From Eledone cirrhosa (Eukaryota), in the NCBI GenBank assembly GCA_964016885.1, contig CAXHJY010000636.1:1-64000 (forward strand): 64,000 nucleotides of DNA, written 5' to 3'. Numbering within the stretch: the first letter of the stretch is position 1; the number at the start of each line of letters is the position of its first letter. Below, piece after piece: positions 1 to 13,934 of this stretch. The notes under the pieces were generated by a model. That model was not told the DNA's origin. It saw nothing but the letters and a program-made list of their open reading frames with translations, and made no database searches. Made by a program: the position numbers and the translations under genes.

Positions 1-35
1 TATAGGGATAGAAATTATGTGAATGGGAGTGTGTC

Positions 36-95
<60 letters not shown>

Positions 96-127
96 CACAC
101 ACACAACACATACATACACATACACAC

Positions 128-162
<35 letters not shown>

Positions 163-167
163 TACAC

Positions 168-228
<61 letters not shown>

Positions 229-247
229 TACATACACATACACACAC

Positions 248-278
<31 letters not shown>

Positions 279-297
279 TACACATATATATATATAT

Positions 298-344
<47 letters not shown>

Positions 345-449
345 TACATACACATACACACATATATATATATATATATATATACAGACATACACACACA
401 TACACACATATATATATATATATACAGACATACACACACACATATACAT

Positions 450-482
<33 letters not shown>

Positions 483-515
483 CAGACATACACATATATA
501 CACACACACACATAT

Positions 516-575
<60 letters not shown>
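36..575. repeat. Compound (TA)n/(CA)n microsatellite
   Basis: Alternating TATA and CACA runs; ORFs here are YI/HT/CV dipeptide artefacts. Confidence 0.95.
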
Positions 576-900
576 TAGGTGTTAAAAAATATTGAAATAG
601 CTTTTTCCCATTCTACCTCACGATTAATATTTTTTCCCCTATTTTATGGAACGGTTCTTTTTAGGGGGCTGTGGTATAAGCTCCCACCCGGACCCCTTCA
701 GTCCACCAGCTCTATATATATATGTGTGTGTGTGTGGCTGTGTGTATAGCTGTGTGTGTGTGTGTGTGTTGTGGCTGTGAGTGGTGTGTATGTATGACTG
801 TGTGTGTGTGGCTGTGTGTTTATGTTGCTGTGTGTGTGTGTGGGCGATATTTTATTCAATGAAATTATGAGCGATATCCTGTACTTTTGTAATTCATTCA

Positions 901-1798
901 TGTGGTGGTGGTGGTGGTGGTGGTGGTGGTGGTGGTGGTGGTGGTGGTGTGGTGGTGTGGTGGTGGTGGTGGTGGTGGTGGTGGTGGTGGTGGTGGTGGT
1001 GGTGTGGTGGTGGTGGTGGTGGTGGTGTGGTGGTGGTGGTGGTGGTGGTGGTGGTGGTGGTGGTGGTGGTGGTGGTGGTGGTGAGGTGGTGTTGGTGTTG
1101 GTGTTGTTGATGGTGGTGTGGTGGTGGTGGTGTTGGTGGTGGTGGTGGTGGTGGTGGTGGTGGTGGTGTTGGTGGTGGTGGTGGTGGTGGTGGTGGTGGT
1201 GGTGGTGGTGGTGGTGTGGTGGTGGTGGTGGTGGTGGTGGTGGTGGTGTGGTGGTGTGGTGGTGGTGGTGGTGGTGGTGGTGGTGTGGTGGTGTGGTGGT
1301 GGTGGTGGTGGTAATAGTAGTAGTGGTGGTGGTGGTGGTGGTGGTGTGGTGGTGGTGGTGTGGTGGTGGTGGTAGTGGTGGTGGTGGTGGTGGTGGTGGT
1401 GGTGGTGGTGGTGGTAACAGTAGTAGTGGTGATGGTGGTGGTGGTGATGGTGGTGATGGTGGTGGTCGGTGGGGATTGTGGTGGTGGTGGTCGGTGGTGT
1501 TGGTGGTGGTGTAGTGGTGATGGTTGGTGGTGGTGATGGTTGGTGGTGGTGGTGTTGTAGTAGTGGTGGTGGTGACGGTGGTGGTGGTGGTGGTGGTGGT
1601 GTTGTTTATTTCTGTTGCTGCCAATGTTTAACTTACCATATAATCTTCATTACAATCATCATTATCACCACCACCACCACCACCACCACCATCAACCATC
1701 ATCACTACACCACCACCACAACACCACCACCACCAACCATCACCACCGACCACCACCGTCACCACCACCACTACTACACCACCACCACCACCACCACC

Positions 1799-1853
<55 letters not shown>

Positions 1854-1855
1854 CC
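901..1855. repeat. (GGT)n tract followed by (ACC)n/(AAC)n tract
   Basis: Direct reading; polarity flips at about 1600-1660. Confidence 0.95.
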
Positions 1856-2654
1856 ATTAACATCAACAAGGTGTTAAAAAACATTCTAGGTTTTTCTTTT
1901 TTCAAAAGGTGTGATTGTATAGTGTGGCGACGTAGTGCGGTGGAGGGTCGGGTATACAGGTGTGGTGGTGGTGGTGGTGGAGTGGAATGGAAGGGTGGAA
2001 ACGTGGGTGGGGGTGTAGTGTAGTGTATATAGGGGGGGGGTGTTGTTGGATGGGGGGGGGGTTGATTGAGGTGATGTTGAAATTGTAGGTGTGGTGTAGG
2101 AGGGGGGGAGGAGAATGGTCCCAGAGCGGGGTATTGACAGCTGTGTGAGGTGGGAGGGTGGCGTTTGGAAAAGGGGATGATGTGGGTGGGAGAGTGTGGG
2201 GGTGGGTGATTTGGAAATGGGGATGATGTAGGTGGAGGTGAGGTGGGGGTTTGGAAAGAGGGTATAAATAGATTGTTTATATTTTATATGTCGTGTTGGG
2301 GGTGGTGTTGGGGGTGGTGGGAATGGCGGCGGCGGGCCCCGGGGTGGTGGGGATTTGACTGTGGTGATGAGAGGTGGAGGGTTGGTGGGTGGTGGTGGTA
2401 GTGTTGGATGATGGAAATATCTAGTAGGGAGGAGAGGTGGGGCGGGGGGGGGGGGTTGATAGTGAAGAAATGAGGTGTGTGGATGGTGGTGGTGGTGGTG
2501 GTGGTGAAGGTGTTATAAAGTGGGGGGTGTTGATTGTGGAGCGGTGGGGGTGGTGTTGGGCGGAGCGGTGGGGTGTTGATTGTTGTGGGGCGGGGGGGGG
2601 GGGTGGATATCCACCTGCTGACACAGCATTCTAGGCCTGTTGTGATGACAGTGT

Positions 2655-3648
2655 GTGTTGGTAATAACGTTGTTGTTGTTGTTGATGGTGGTGGTGGTGG
2701 TGGTGGTGGTGGTGGTGGTGGTGGTGGTGGTGGTGTTGTTGGTGGTGGTGGTGGTGGTGGTGGTGGTGGTGGTGGTGTTGGTAATAACGTTGTTGTTGTT
2801 GTTGATGGTGGTGGTGGTGGTGGTGGTGGTGGTGGTGATGGCGGTGGTGGTGGTGTTGGTGGTGGTGGTGGTGGTGGTGGTGGTGGTGGTGGTGTTGGTG
2901 GTGGTGGTGGTGGTGTTGGTGGTGGTGGTGGTGGTGGTGGTGGAAGTGGTGGTGGTGGTGGTGGTGTTGGTAATAACGTTGTTGTTGTGGATGGTGGTGG
3001 TGGTGGTGGTGGTGTTGGTGGTGGTGGTGGTGGTGGTGGTGGTGGTGTTGGTGGTGGTGGTGGTGGTGGTGGTGGAAGTGGTGGTGGTGGTGGTGGTGTT
3101 GGTAATAACGTTGTTGTTGTGGATGGTGGTGGTGGTGGTGGTGTTGGTGGTGGTGGTGGTGGTAGTGGTGGTGGTGGTGGTGGTGGTGGTGGTGGTGGTG
3201 GTGGTGGTGGTGTTGGTGGTGGTGGTGGAGTTGACTGTCTTGTTGATGCTGATTGTGATGTTGCTGATGGTGGTGTTGTTGTTGGTGGTGGTGGTGATGG
3301 TGATGATGATGGTGGTGGTGGTGGTGTTCTTGTTGGTGGTGATGATGGTGATGGTGATGTTGATGGTGGTGATGGTGTTGTTGATGGTGTTGTTGTTGTT
3401 GTTGGTGGTGGTGTTGGTGGTGATGGTGGTGGTGTTGGTGGTGATGTTGTTGTTGTCGGTGGTGGTGTTGTTGTTGTTGTTGTTGGTGTTGTTGTTGTTG
3501 TTGTTGGTGGTGTTGTTGTTGGTGTTGGTGGTGGTGTTGGTGATGGTGATGTTGATGGTGGTGATGGTGTTGTTGATGGTGTTGTTGTTGGTGGTGGTGT
3601 TGTTGTTGTTGGTGTTGTTGTTGTTGTTATTGTTGTTGGTGGTGATGA

Positions 3649-3650
<2 letters not shown>
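2655..3650. repeat. (GGT)n/(GTT)n compound trinucleotide tract
   Basis: Direct reading; recurring ggtaataacgttgttg punctuation. Confidence 0.9.
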
Positions 3651-3683
<33 letters not shown>

Positions 3684-3721
3684 ATATTAACAAATGGAAA
3701 CTATATTTATAAAACCATATT

Positions 3722-3786
3722 TATCTCATTATACATATTTCAAGGACACCAAATTAAATCATGGTGTCCTTTCATCAGATAAAATA
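3722..3786 (-). ncRNA. Type I hammerhead ribozyme, family A
   Basis: Reverse complement reads UAUUUUAU-CUGAUGA-AAGGACACCA(10-nt loop)UGGUGUCCUU-GAAA-UAUGUAUA^AUGAGAUA: 8-bp stem I, perfect 10-bp stem II, AUA cleavage triplet. Confidence 0.85.
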
Positions 3787-3913
3787 TAATATACATCACT
3801 TTTATAAATAAATATTGACATACTCTTAAAGAATGCAACCATTACTGTTGGAAGCTCCCGGATAGTTTTTTTAAGGGTATGTCAATATTTATTTGTAAAA
3901 CTGCTCTATATTA

Positions 3914-3978
3914 TATTTTATCTGATGAAAGCACACCATAATTTAACTTGGTGTCCTTGAAATATGTATAATGAAATA
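3914..3978 (+). ncRNA. Type I hammerhead ribozyme, family A
   Basis: UAUUUUAU-CUGAUGA-AAGCACACCA..UGGUGUCCUU-GAAA-UAUGUAUA^AUGAAAUA. Confidence 0.85.
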
Positions 3979-4209
3979 AATATGGTTTTATAAATATAGT
4001 TTCCATTTGTTAATATATCGTATTTTTACTCCAATAATTTGTTGAGTGCTTTATATCAGTTATAAAAATATTTGCTTGTTGTATCCCAACAAATTAAATA
4101 TAACCTCTACATATATATATATATATATGAAAAGTTTCAGGACCCCGACGGCTGAGCTCCGGCCTTTTTCAACAGTTAGATCGGATCTCTCTCTCTATAT
4201 ATATATATA

Positions 4210-4630
4210 TATCACCACCAGCATCATAACCCACACCACCACATAAACTACCATCAACACCATCACCATCACCACCACCACCACCTCTACCTCCCCATCA
4301 CCACCATCATCATAACCCCCCACCACCACTTACACTACCATCAATACCACCACCACCACCACCACCACCACCACCACCACCACCACCACCACCACCAGCA
4401 TCATAACCCCCACCACCACTTACACTACCATCAACACCACCACCACCACCACCACCACCACCACCACTTACACTACCATCAACACCACCACCACCACCAC
4501 CACTTACACTACCATCAACACCACCACCACCAGCACCACCACCACCACCACCTCTACCTCTTCATCACCACCAGCATCATAACCCCCACCACCACCACCA
4601 CCACCACCACCAACACCATCACCACCAGCT
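4210..4630. repeat. (ACC)n tract with repeated acttacactaccatcaac unit
   Basis: Direct reading. Confidence 0.9.
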
Positions 4631-4961
4631 TCTCTTTAAGATGTCATCATATTGTGACCCAGTTTCTGACAGTTAAATATAAGGGGGGTGCGAATGAGAG
4701 GGTAGGGCTCAAACGAGGTGACAGCAGGGAATGTGGTGGTGGTGATGGTGGTGGTGGTGGTGGTGGTGGTAGTGGTGATGGCGTCTGTTGTAGGGATTAC
4801 CTTTCAAAAAAAAAAAGGGTTATATATATATATATATATGTGTGCGTGTGTTTGTGTTTGTGTGTGTCTATTTTCCGAGGAACGACATGTGTCCGAAACG
4901 TCATTGGTTTCGGCCGACTGGTGCAACCATTGATTTAAACGTTGTGTGTGTTTGTATGTAT

Positions 4962-5030
<69 letters not shown>

Positions 5031-5041
5031 CAATACATATA

Positions 5042-5091
<50 letters not shown>

Positions 5092-5185
5092 TATGTATAT
5101 ATAATATGTATATATATACTTATTTATATATATATATGTATATATTTATATATACGTATGTATATATAATATGCATATATACATG

Positions 5186-5277
<92 letters not shown>

Positions 5278-5355
5278 TTATATATATATATACATGTACG
5301 TATATCTATCTATATATATATGTAAATATACATGTATATATATATATAACAGCAA

Positions 5356-5393
5356 CACTGATGATGCCACAGGTGTGTGATGAAAGAACTTTG
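5356..5393 (+). ncRNA. Minimal type I hammerhead, family G, degenerate
   Basis: CA-CUGAUGA-UGCCACA GGUG UGUGAU-GAAA-GAACUU^UG; similar to 7884 and 35414 copies. Confidence 0.5.
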
Positions 5394-5505
5394 ATCGGCT
5401 ATATATATACATATATGTATATATCTCTCTCTCATTGGATATATCGACCTATTGATAGGTATCGATACATATTGATTGGTGGGTATATTGAAAGTGTCAT
5501 CGATT

Positions 5506-5895
5506 ATGGTAAATGGTGATGGTGATAGTGGTGGTGATGATGATGGTGATGGTGGTGGTGTTGATGATGGTGATGGTGAGGATGATGGTGATGATGATGG
5601 TGATGGTGGTGGTGATGATGGTGACGGTGATGATGATGGTGATGGTGATGGTGATGGTGGTGGTGATGATGGTGACGGTGATGATGATGGTGATGGTGAT
5701 GGTGTTGATGATGGTGATGGTGGTGGTGATGGTGATGGTATTGATGATGGTGGTGATGGTGATGATGATGGTGATGATGATGATGGTGGTGATGATGGTG
5801 ATGGTGGTGATGGTGATGGTGGTGGTGATGATGATGATGGCTATGATTCTGATGATGATGGCTATGATGGCTATGATTATGATGATGATGATGAC
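5506..5895. repeat. (GAT/GGT)n tract
   Basis: Direct reading. Confidence 0.9.
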
Positions 5896-6007
5896 GATCC
5901 TAATAATGGCCCTGACTGGAATGTTCTGTCCCCCACCCCCACCCAAAGTATCCCCCCCACCGACGATGAGTAAAAAAAAAACGTCTTGACTCACATCATC
6001 ACATTCA

Positions 6008-6160
6008 TTGTATTGTTGTTGTTGTTGTTACTGTTGTTGTTGTTGTTGTTGTTGTTGTTACTGTTGTTGTTGTTGTTGTTACTGTTGTTGTTGTTGTTAC
6101 TGTTGTTGTTGTTGTTGTAACTGTTGTTGTTGTTGTTGTTACTGTTGTTGTTGTTGTAAC

Positions 6161-6191
<31 letters not shown>

Positions 6192-6214
6192 ACTGTTGTT
6201 GTTGTTGTTGTAAC

Positions 6215-6251
<37 letters not shown>

Positions 6252-6650
6252 ACTGTTGTTGTTGTTGTTACTGTTGTTGTTGTTGTAACTGTTGTTGTTG
6301 TTGTTGTTGTTACTGTTGTTGTTGTTGTTGTTGTAACTGTTGTTGTTGTTGTTGTTGTTGTTGTTACTGTTGTTGTTGTTGTTACTGTTGTTGTTGTTGT
6401 TGTTGTAACTGTTGTTGTTGTTGTTGTTGTTACTGTTGTTGTTGTTGTTGTAACTGTTGTTGTTGTTGTTGTTGTTACTGTTGTTGTTGTTGTTGTAACT
6501 GTTGTTGTTGTAACTGTTGTTGTTGTTGTTGTTGTTACTGTTGTTGTTGTTGTTACTGTTGTTGTTGTTGTTGTTACTGTTGTTGTTGTTGTTACTGTTG
6601 TTGTTGTTGTTGTTACTGTTGTTGTTAGTTGTTGTTACTGTTGTTGTTAC
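6008..6650. repeat. (GTT)n punctuated by TACT/TAACT
   Basis: Direct reading. Confidence 0.95.
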
Positions 6651-7431
6651 AACGTCTGTTAATGTTATCATTGTTGTTGTTGCTGTAGTCATACCCCCCC
6701 CCCCCCCCCCCAGCCCCGCCACCGACCCTGACACACCACCCCCACCCCACCAAAACACCCCACACCACCACATAAACCACTCCACATCACCCAACCCACT
6801 ACCACCACTATCACCACTACCACACCATCCACCACTACCACCACCACTACCACCACCACTACCACCACCACTACCACACCGTCCACCACCACCACAACAT
6901 CACCACCGCCACCACTACACCACCATCATCACCACCACCACCACTACCTCACCACCACCGCCACCACTACCACCACCACTACCTCACCACTACCACCACC
7001 ACCACCACCACCGCCACTACCTCACCACTACCACACCATCAACACTGTAGACCACCACCACCACCACCACCACAACCTCACCACTACCACCACCATCACC
7101 ATCACCACCACCACCACCACCACCACCACAACCTCACCACCACCACCACCACTACCACCACCACCACCACCACCACCACCGCCACCGCCACCGCCACTCT
7201 TATTTGACTTGTGATTTGTTATGTTGTTATTTGATTTATGGTTGTCACACACTAGATCGATATGGTCCGATAAGTATTGGAGGGACGGGGAGGGGGAGGG
7301 TATTAGATTGGTATGTTGTTTGGGGGTGGGGTGTTGGTGGGGTGGGGGGTGGGGTGACGGTGGGGGTGCAGGGGATCATCCCCAGAGAGAGAGATGTCTG
7401 TATATCTGTTTGTGTCTGTCTGGCTAGCTCC

Positions 7432-7510
<79 letters not shown>

Positions 7511-7883
7511 CCTATATATATATACATATATATATATAGTATGTGTAGTCCTATGTATGTGTGTGTCCCTCACTGTCCCCTCCCCCCGTCAAATATGTCC
7601 CTCTCCCCTCCTCTCCCCTACCAACACCCAACTCACCCCCAGCTATAACTAACTCTTATCTTTATAGCACTAATAAAAATGATGGTGATGGTGATGGTGG
7701 TGATGGTGGTGATAATGATGGTGATGATGGTGATGGTGATGATGATGATGGTGATGATGATGATGGTGATGGTGGTGGTGATAATGATGATGATGATGAT
7801 GATGTTTTTGTGTGCTGTGTCACAAAAACAAGATGGCGCAGGACAAAACAGAACAAAGGAGATAACACAAAAGTAAAAACCCA

Positions 7884-7926
7884 GTCACTGAGGAGATCAC
7901 AGAATGTGTGACGAAAGAACTTTGAC
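7884..7926 (+). ncRNA. Minimal type I hammerhead, family G
   Basis: GUCA-CUGAGGA-GAUCACA GAAUG UGUGAC-GAAA-GAACUU^UGAC; stem I GUCA/UGAC; host repeat 7820-7985 matches the reverse complement of 35365-35520. Confidence 0.7.
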
Positions 7927-7984
7927 AATATATAAACAACCATCCCGTTATCGAACCAACCAACCAACTAACCGGAACCGGAAA

Positions 7985-8400
7985 TCTATATATATATATA
8001 AAGTTGTAGTTCCTGTCTGTTTGTTCGCGAACTCCTCCTATGGTTTTGGAGATAGACCCCTATAACCATATATATTCTGAAACTACATTGCCCAGGGTAC
8101 TTGGATAAGTATATTTCATTTAAATCAAAGGGTTCCCCGGGGGCACAAATCCCCGCTGAAACGTTTTTTCCCTTCGATTTATATGAAATTTAAACCATAG
8201 GTAAAGGACAAGATATGATGCCTGTTCACAAAATTTCAGCAAATTTAAATAATATTAAGACACCTTAATAGGGGTTAAACCCCGTATAGTGAAAATTTTG
8301 GAAGCCCAAATAAAATAATGCTTTACACAAAAATGAAATGATCAAGTTTTGAATTGATATTTTGAAAAAAATGATTTACAAGAAACAAAATAAGAATAAG
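7985..8400 (+). mobile_element. Possible non-autonomous Helitron-like 5' portion
   Basis: Starts TC-TATATATA..aaag..gtctgtttgttcgcgaactcctcc, resembling invertebrate Helitron-derived 5' ends (from memory); no 3' hairpin/CTRR seen. Confidence 0.3.
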
Positions 8401-8409
8401 ATTTAAAAA

Positions 8410-8544
8410 TTGTTTCTACATTTGGCACAAGGCCAGCAATTACTCGTACTTTATTTTATCGACCCCGTAAGGATGAAAGGCGGAGTTAACCTCGGCGGAA
8501 TTTGAACTCAGACCACAAAGGGCCGTAACTCTATGCTGCAAAGC
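8410..8544 (-). mobile_element. tRNA-derived SINE, 5'-truncated
   Basis: Reverse complement has B-box GAGTTCAAATTCC then ttaactccgcctttcatccttacggggtcgataaaataaagtac (Nin/Deu-type central domain). Confidence 0.85.
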
Positions 8545-9103
8545 AAATTTTATCACTGATTTAAAATCAATTATCATTTTCTTACAAAAAAAAAATAAGA
8601 ATAAGATTTAATAATATAATATTGATTTGATATATTACAAAAAATAATGTTTTCTAATTTTTCATTCATTACATTTTACATTGAGTAATATTGAAATGTA
8701 GAGTTTTCTCCATAAATTTTATCACTGATTTAAAATCAATTATCATTTTCTTACAAAAAAAAAATAAGAATAAGATTTAATAATATAATATTGATTTGAT
8801 ATATTACAAAAAATAATGTTTTCTAATTTTTCATTCATTACATTTTACATTGAGTAATATTGAAATGTAGAGTTTTCTCCATAAATTTTATCACTGATTT
8901 AAAATCAATTATCATTTTCTTACAAAAAAAAAATAAGAATAAGATTTAATAATATAATATTGATTTGATATATTACAAAAAATAATGTTTTCTAATTTTT
9001 CATTCATTACATTTTACATTGAGTAATATTGAAATGTAGAGTTTTCTCCATAAATTTTATCACTGATTTAAAATCAATCATCATCTTCTTACAAAAAAAA
9101 AAA
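8545..9103. repeat. 169-bp AT-rich tandem repeat, about 3.3 copies
   Basis: aaattttatcactgattt recurs at 8545, 8714, 8883, 9052. Confidence 0.9.
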
Positions 9104-9440
9104 AAGTGTGAAACGCAGCAAGGCGCGGGTAATTCGGCTAGTTTATAATAAATTGAAGTGAAACCAACGGATCCATTTTGCCGACTTTCCTCACCTACAT
9201 TGGCACTATCGAGGTTGTACACCTTGGAGACCTGCTGCGGATGGTGGGTAGGGACCGACTCGAGACCTGCCAGTCGTTACGGACCCGGATTTTTACCAGG
9301 GCCACCGAGAACGCTCCACATGTATATCTGGTACCATATACGTATCTCCGGACGAGCTGATTCCACGGACGTGGCCCATCTTTTTAACGTTCATTTATTT
9401 ATTTATGATGGATTGTTGTTAATTGTGGTTGGAAATTAGA

Positions 9441-9474
9441 ACTGACGTTTCGGACATTAGTTCTTCATCAGCAA
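9441..9474 (-). ncRNA. Minimal hammerhead, family B, degenerate
   Basis: Reverse complement CUGAUGA-A-GAAC UAAU GUCC-GAAACGUC; stem I poor. Confidence 0.5.
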
Positions 9475-9635
9475 ATTGAGTGAGAGGTCATAGAAGAAAT
9501 AAAGAGCGAGGAGAAAAAATGAAGGAAAAACATTTGTTTTTAAGTAGAGAGCTCACGTGTATATTTAGGCATATAATTTTATATGTAGATGTATATATAT
9601 ATATATGTGCGCGTGGGTCTACATATATATATACA

Positions 9636-9769
<134 letters not shown>

Positions 9770-9972
9770 ATCCCGTTAAGGGTGAAAGCAGCGATTCTTT
9801 GCTTAAACTTTAATCTGTTATTTTAATAAATATATATATATATATACAGTATATATATATATGTTTATATAGATATATAGATATATATATAGAGATAGAT
9901 AGATAGATGAATATATACATACACATATATACATATGTATATATATATATGTATATATACATATACATATGA

Positions 9973-10050
<78 letters not shown>

Positions 10051-10247
10051 ATACACATATATATTTATATATATATATGTATATATACATATATATATAT
10101 ACATGTATGTATGTATATACACATATATATTTATATATATATGTATATATACATATATATATATACCGTATATATATATATATTTATATATATATATATA
10201 TACTGTATATATATATATATGGCTGAAACAGGTAAAAGAGTAAAAGA

Positions 10248-10350
<103 letters not shown>

Positions 10351-10697
10351 ATGTATAAGACGTGTATATATATTTTTAATCCATTAATCCATAACTTCAT
10401 GGTTCGGCTAAAGACTGTAATTATTAGCACTCAGCTGCTAATCCTAGTCACTCCCTCACTCACAACATACACCCACCTCCCACTAACGACATCTAGAGAC
10501 ATCCACCCCCGCCCTGCATCGCCATCCTCTTCTTATATTGTCTCTTTACTTTCTTTCCTGTCTGTCTACATACATATATATGTATATATAGGTATATATA
10601 TATACACATATATATATATATATGTATGTATACGTATATATGTATATATATATGTATGTATATTGGTATATATATATGTATATATATATGTATATAC

Positions 10698-10832
<135 letters not shown>

Positions 10833-10833
10833 C

Positions 10834-10883
<50 letters not shown>

Positions 10884-10889
10884 GTTTAA

Positions 10890-10921
<32 letters not shown>

Positions 10922-11038
10922 GTATATATATATGTATATATATATATGTATATATGTATATATACATATATACATACATATATATATATACATATATATA
11001 TATATACATATATATATACATATGCCCCTATATATATA

Positions 11039-11081
<43 letters not shown>

Positions 11082-11117
11082 ATATATGTCTATATATATA
11101 CAAATATATACATATGC

Positions 11118-11198
<81 letters not shown>

Positions 11199-11949
11199 TA
11201 TATACATATATATATACATATATATACATATATACATATATATACATATATATACATATATATACATATATATACATATATATACATATATATACATATA
11301 TATATATATATATGTATATACACACATAAATAACCATTTGATTCATAATTTTTAAAACCAAGACCTCAGGCAGCGAATGATGAGTGAAGGAGATTCAGAC
11401 AAGGGGACGAGTAGGAGGAGGAGGGGGTAAACTGTGGATAAGAGAAGGGGGGAGAGGTTGGGGGTGGGGTGGGGGTGAAGAAAAAAAGGTGGATTAGGGG
11501 GCGCCAGTGAGCTGTGGGGGTGGATGAGGAGGGACTATATATAATTCAGCGTGACCGATATAAACATAGGGATAAGATGGTGGTGGTGGTGGTGGTGGTG
11601 GTGGTGATGGTGGTGGTAGTGTTGGTGGTAGTGGTGGTGGTGTTGGTGGTGTGTGGTGGTGGTGGTGGTGGTGGTGGTGGTGGTGCTAGTGGCGGTGGTG
11701 GTAGTGGTGGTGGTTGTGGTGGTGGTGCTAATGGTAGTGGTGGTGGTGGTGGTGGTGGTTGTGTTTGTGGTAGTGTTGGTGGTGGTGGTGGTAGTGGTGG
11801 TGGTGGTGTTCTTGTTGGTGGTGGTAGCGGTGGTGGAAGTGGTGGTAGTGGTTGTGGTGGTAGTGGTAGTTTTTGTGTTGGTGGTAGTGGTGGTGGTGGC
11901 GATGGTGGTGGTTGAGGGGATGCTGTTGATTGGTGGTGGTACATCTAGT

Positions 11950-12220
11950 AGTGTATCTAGGACTACATCATCTAATGTGCAGTATAGTAGTTAGTATTAG
12001 TGGCTATAGTTGTTGTTTAGCCCTAGGTAAGTCCTGATCCAGTAGACCTATGATCAAAGATGTTCCAGCTGTGACCATAGTGTACCTAGGACTACATTAT
12101 CTAATGTACAGTACAGTAGTTAGTATTCGTGTCTATAGTTGTTGTTTAGCCCTAGGTAAGTCCTGATCCAGTAGACCTATGATCAAAGATGTTCCAACTG
12201 TGACCATCCTGTCTTTTATT
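11950..12220. repeat. 129-bp tandem duplication of an interspersed-repeat fragment
   Basis: agtgta(t/c)ctaggactacat at 11950 and 12079. Confidence 0.85.
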
Positions 12221-12226
12221 CAGACA

Positions 12227-12264
<38 letters not shown>

Positions 12265-12557
12265 CAACTGTGATGATGATGATGGCGACGATGGTAATGA
12301 TGATGATGATGGCTATGATTGTGATAATATTTCACGTCGCTAAAAATCTTTTCCGGATTAATTAATGTCCTAAGGGGCCATTTATTGTTTTTTTAATAAA
12401 AATAAAATTAAACGTCCCCAACCTTACCCCCCCCCCCTCTCACGCCCCCCCCCCCAACAGTGACGTCAGAATAATGTTGTTTTAAACAAATAAACAAAAG
12501 CAATCCTCTCCCACCCCTGTATTTCTATCTCTCTTGTCTCTTGCACTCTCTTCCTCC

Positions 12558-12603
<46 letters not shown>

Positions 12604-12851
12604 GTTTTACTAATAGACCCTCCACCCCACCACCAAGGACTAGGAATGTAATTACTTGTTTAAACATTGTGTATGATCCGATGAATCCAGACAATTGTCT
12701 GGAAGAAACCATCGTCAGAAATTAAATGCATTAAGCAAAAATTTGATCGTTTTATATTTTGTACATATACAATATATATATATATATATATACAATATAT
12801 ATATATATATAGAGAGAGAGAGAAAAACCACAGACCCTCCATCTCAACTAT

Positions 12852-12889
12852 ACTTTTGAAAAGCAGAAGAACTGCGAAACCGGTAAAGG
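12852..12889 (+). ncRNA. Minimal hammerhead with U3-A8 core, family F
   Basis: CUU-UUGAAAA-GCAG AAGAA CUGC-GAAA-CCGGUA^AAG; within a dispersed repeat at 12820-13031. Confidence 0.65.
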
Positions 12890-13024
12890 AACCAAATAAA
12901 TATATATATTTAAAAAAAAAAAAAATAATACTCCAGTTGCATTTTCGATCTCATCTTTTTTTCTTTATACTTTCACTCGTGTAGGACACCTCGGTTATTT
13001 ATCATTTTGTAAAAAAAACCTCAC

Positions 13025-13070
<46 letters not shown>

Positions 13071-13073
<3 letters not shown>

Positions 13074-13517
13074 AAAGTTTTATTTAAAATTGTTGGGCCA
13101 CAACGAGTAAATATTTTATAACTGATATAAAAGCACTCAACAAGTTTTGGAGTATTTTACGATATTAAACAAATGGAAACTACATTTATAAAACCATATT
13201 TATTTCATTATATATATTTCAGGGATATATTAAAAATATGGTATGCCCTCTTCAGATAAAATACAATATATAAACAGTTTTATAAATAAATTTGACATAC
13301 CTTAAAACTTTACAACTTCCATTTAAAAAAGTTGTTATGGTAACAACTATTTTAAATGGAAGTTGTAAAGTTTTAAGGTATGTCAAATTTATTTATAAAA
13401 CTGTTTATATATTGTATTTTGTCTGAAGAGGGCATACCATATTTTTAATATGATATCCCTGAAATATATATAATGAAATAAATATGGTTTTATAAATGTA
13501 GTTTCCATTTGTTTAAT

Positions 13518-13520
<3 letters not shown>
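13071..13520. mobile_element. Fold-back element, family A, with two hammerheads (13201-13263 minus, 13415-13480 plus)
   Basis: Near-perfect inverted arms about 13161-13335 and 13342-13520; CUGAAGA..GAAA-UAUAUAUA^AUGAAAUA; (TA)n on both sides. Confidence 0.85.
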
Positions 13521-13612
<92 letters not shown>

Positions 13613-13619
13613 GGAAAAA

Positions 13620-13760
13620 ATGAAACGAAATTTCATTTCCCACTCTTAGTACGGCTGTTACTTAAAATATAAGTACAGTAGTATGTATGTATATATATAT
13701 ATATATACATACATGCACACATATATATATGTACGTATGGATTCACCGAACATTATAAAT
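13620..13760. repeat. Dispersed repeat fragment; inverted copy at about 54170-54350
   Basis: gaaatttcatttcccactcttagtacggctg versus cagccgtactaagagtgagaaatgaaatttc. Confidence 0.7.
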
Positions 13761-13803
13761 ATATATGTGTGTGTGTGTGTGTTAAGTATTTACACACACA
13801 CAC

Positions 13804-13842
<39 letters not shown>

Positions 13843-13934
13843 TACCTATACACAGCCCGTGTTACCCTTCAAAGATTCACAGCAGTAGCAGAGATACTGG
13901 TGATAAAGACAGATGAGGAGAGAAGGTGGCGGTG

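Larger units (their letters stand above)
3681..4110. mobile_element. Fold-back element, family A (HHR-bearing, Penelope-terminus-like), flanked by (TA)n
   Basis: Inverted arms about 3681-3830 and 3870-4018; same family at 13071-13520, 31531-31805, 54483-54818, 60268-60487. Confidence 0.8.

Noticed and set aside
4872-4905. Hammerhead-like CCGAGGA..GUCCGAAACGUC
   Set aside because: Core and stems are mismatched; not counted.
12677-12720. Hammerhead-like CCGAUGA-UCCAGAC AAUU GUCUGGA-GAAAC CAUC GUC
   Set aside because: U4 is C and stem I does not close; at best a decayed copy, not counted.
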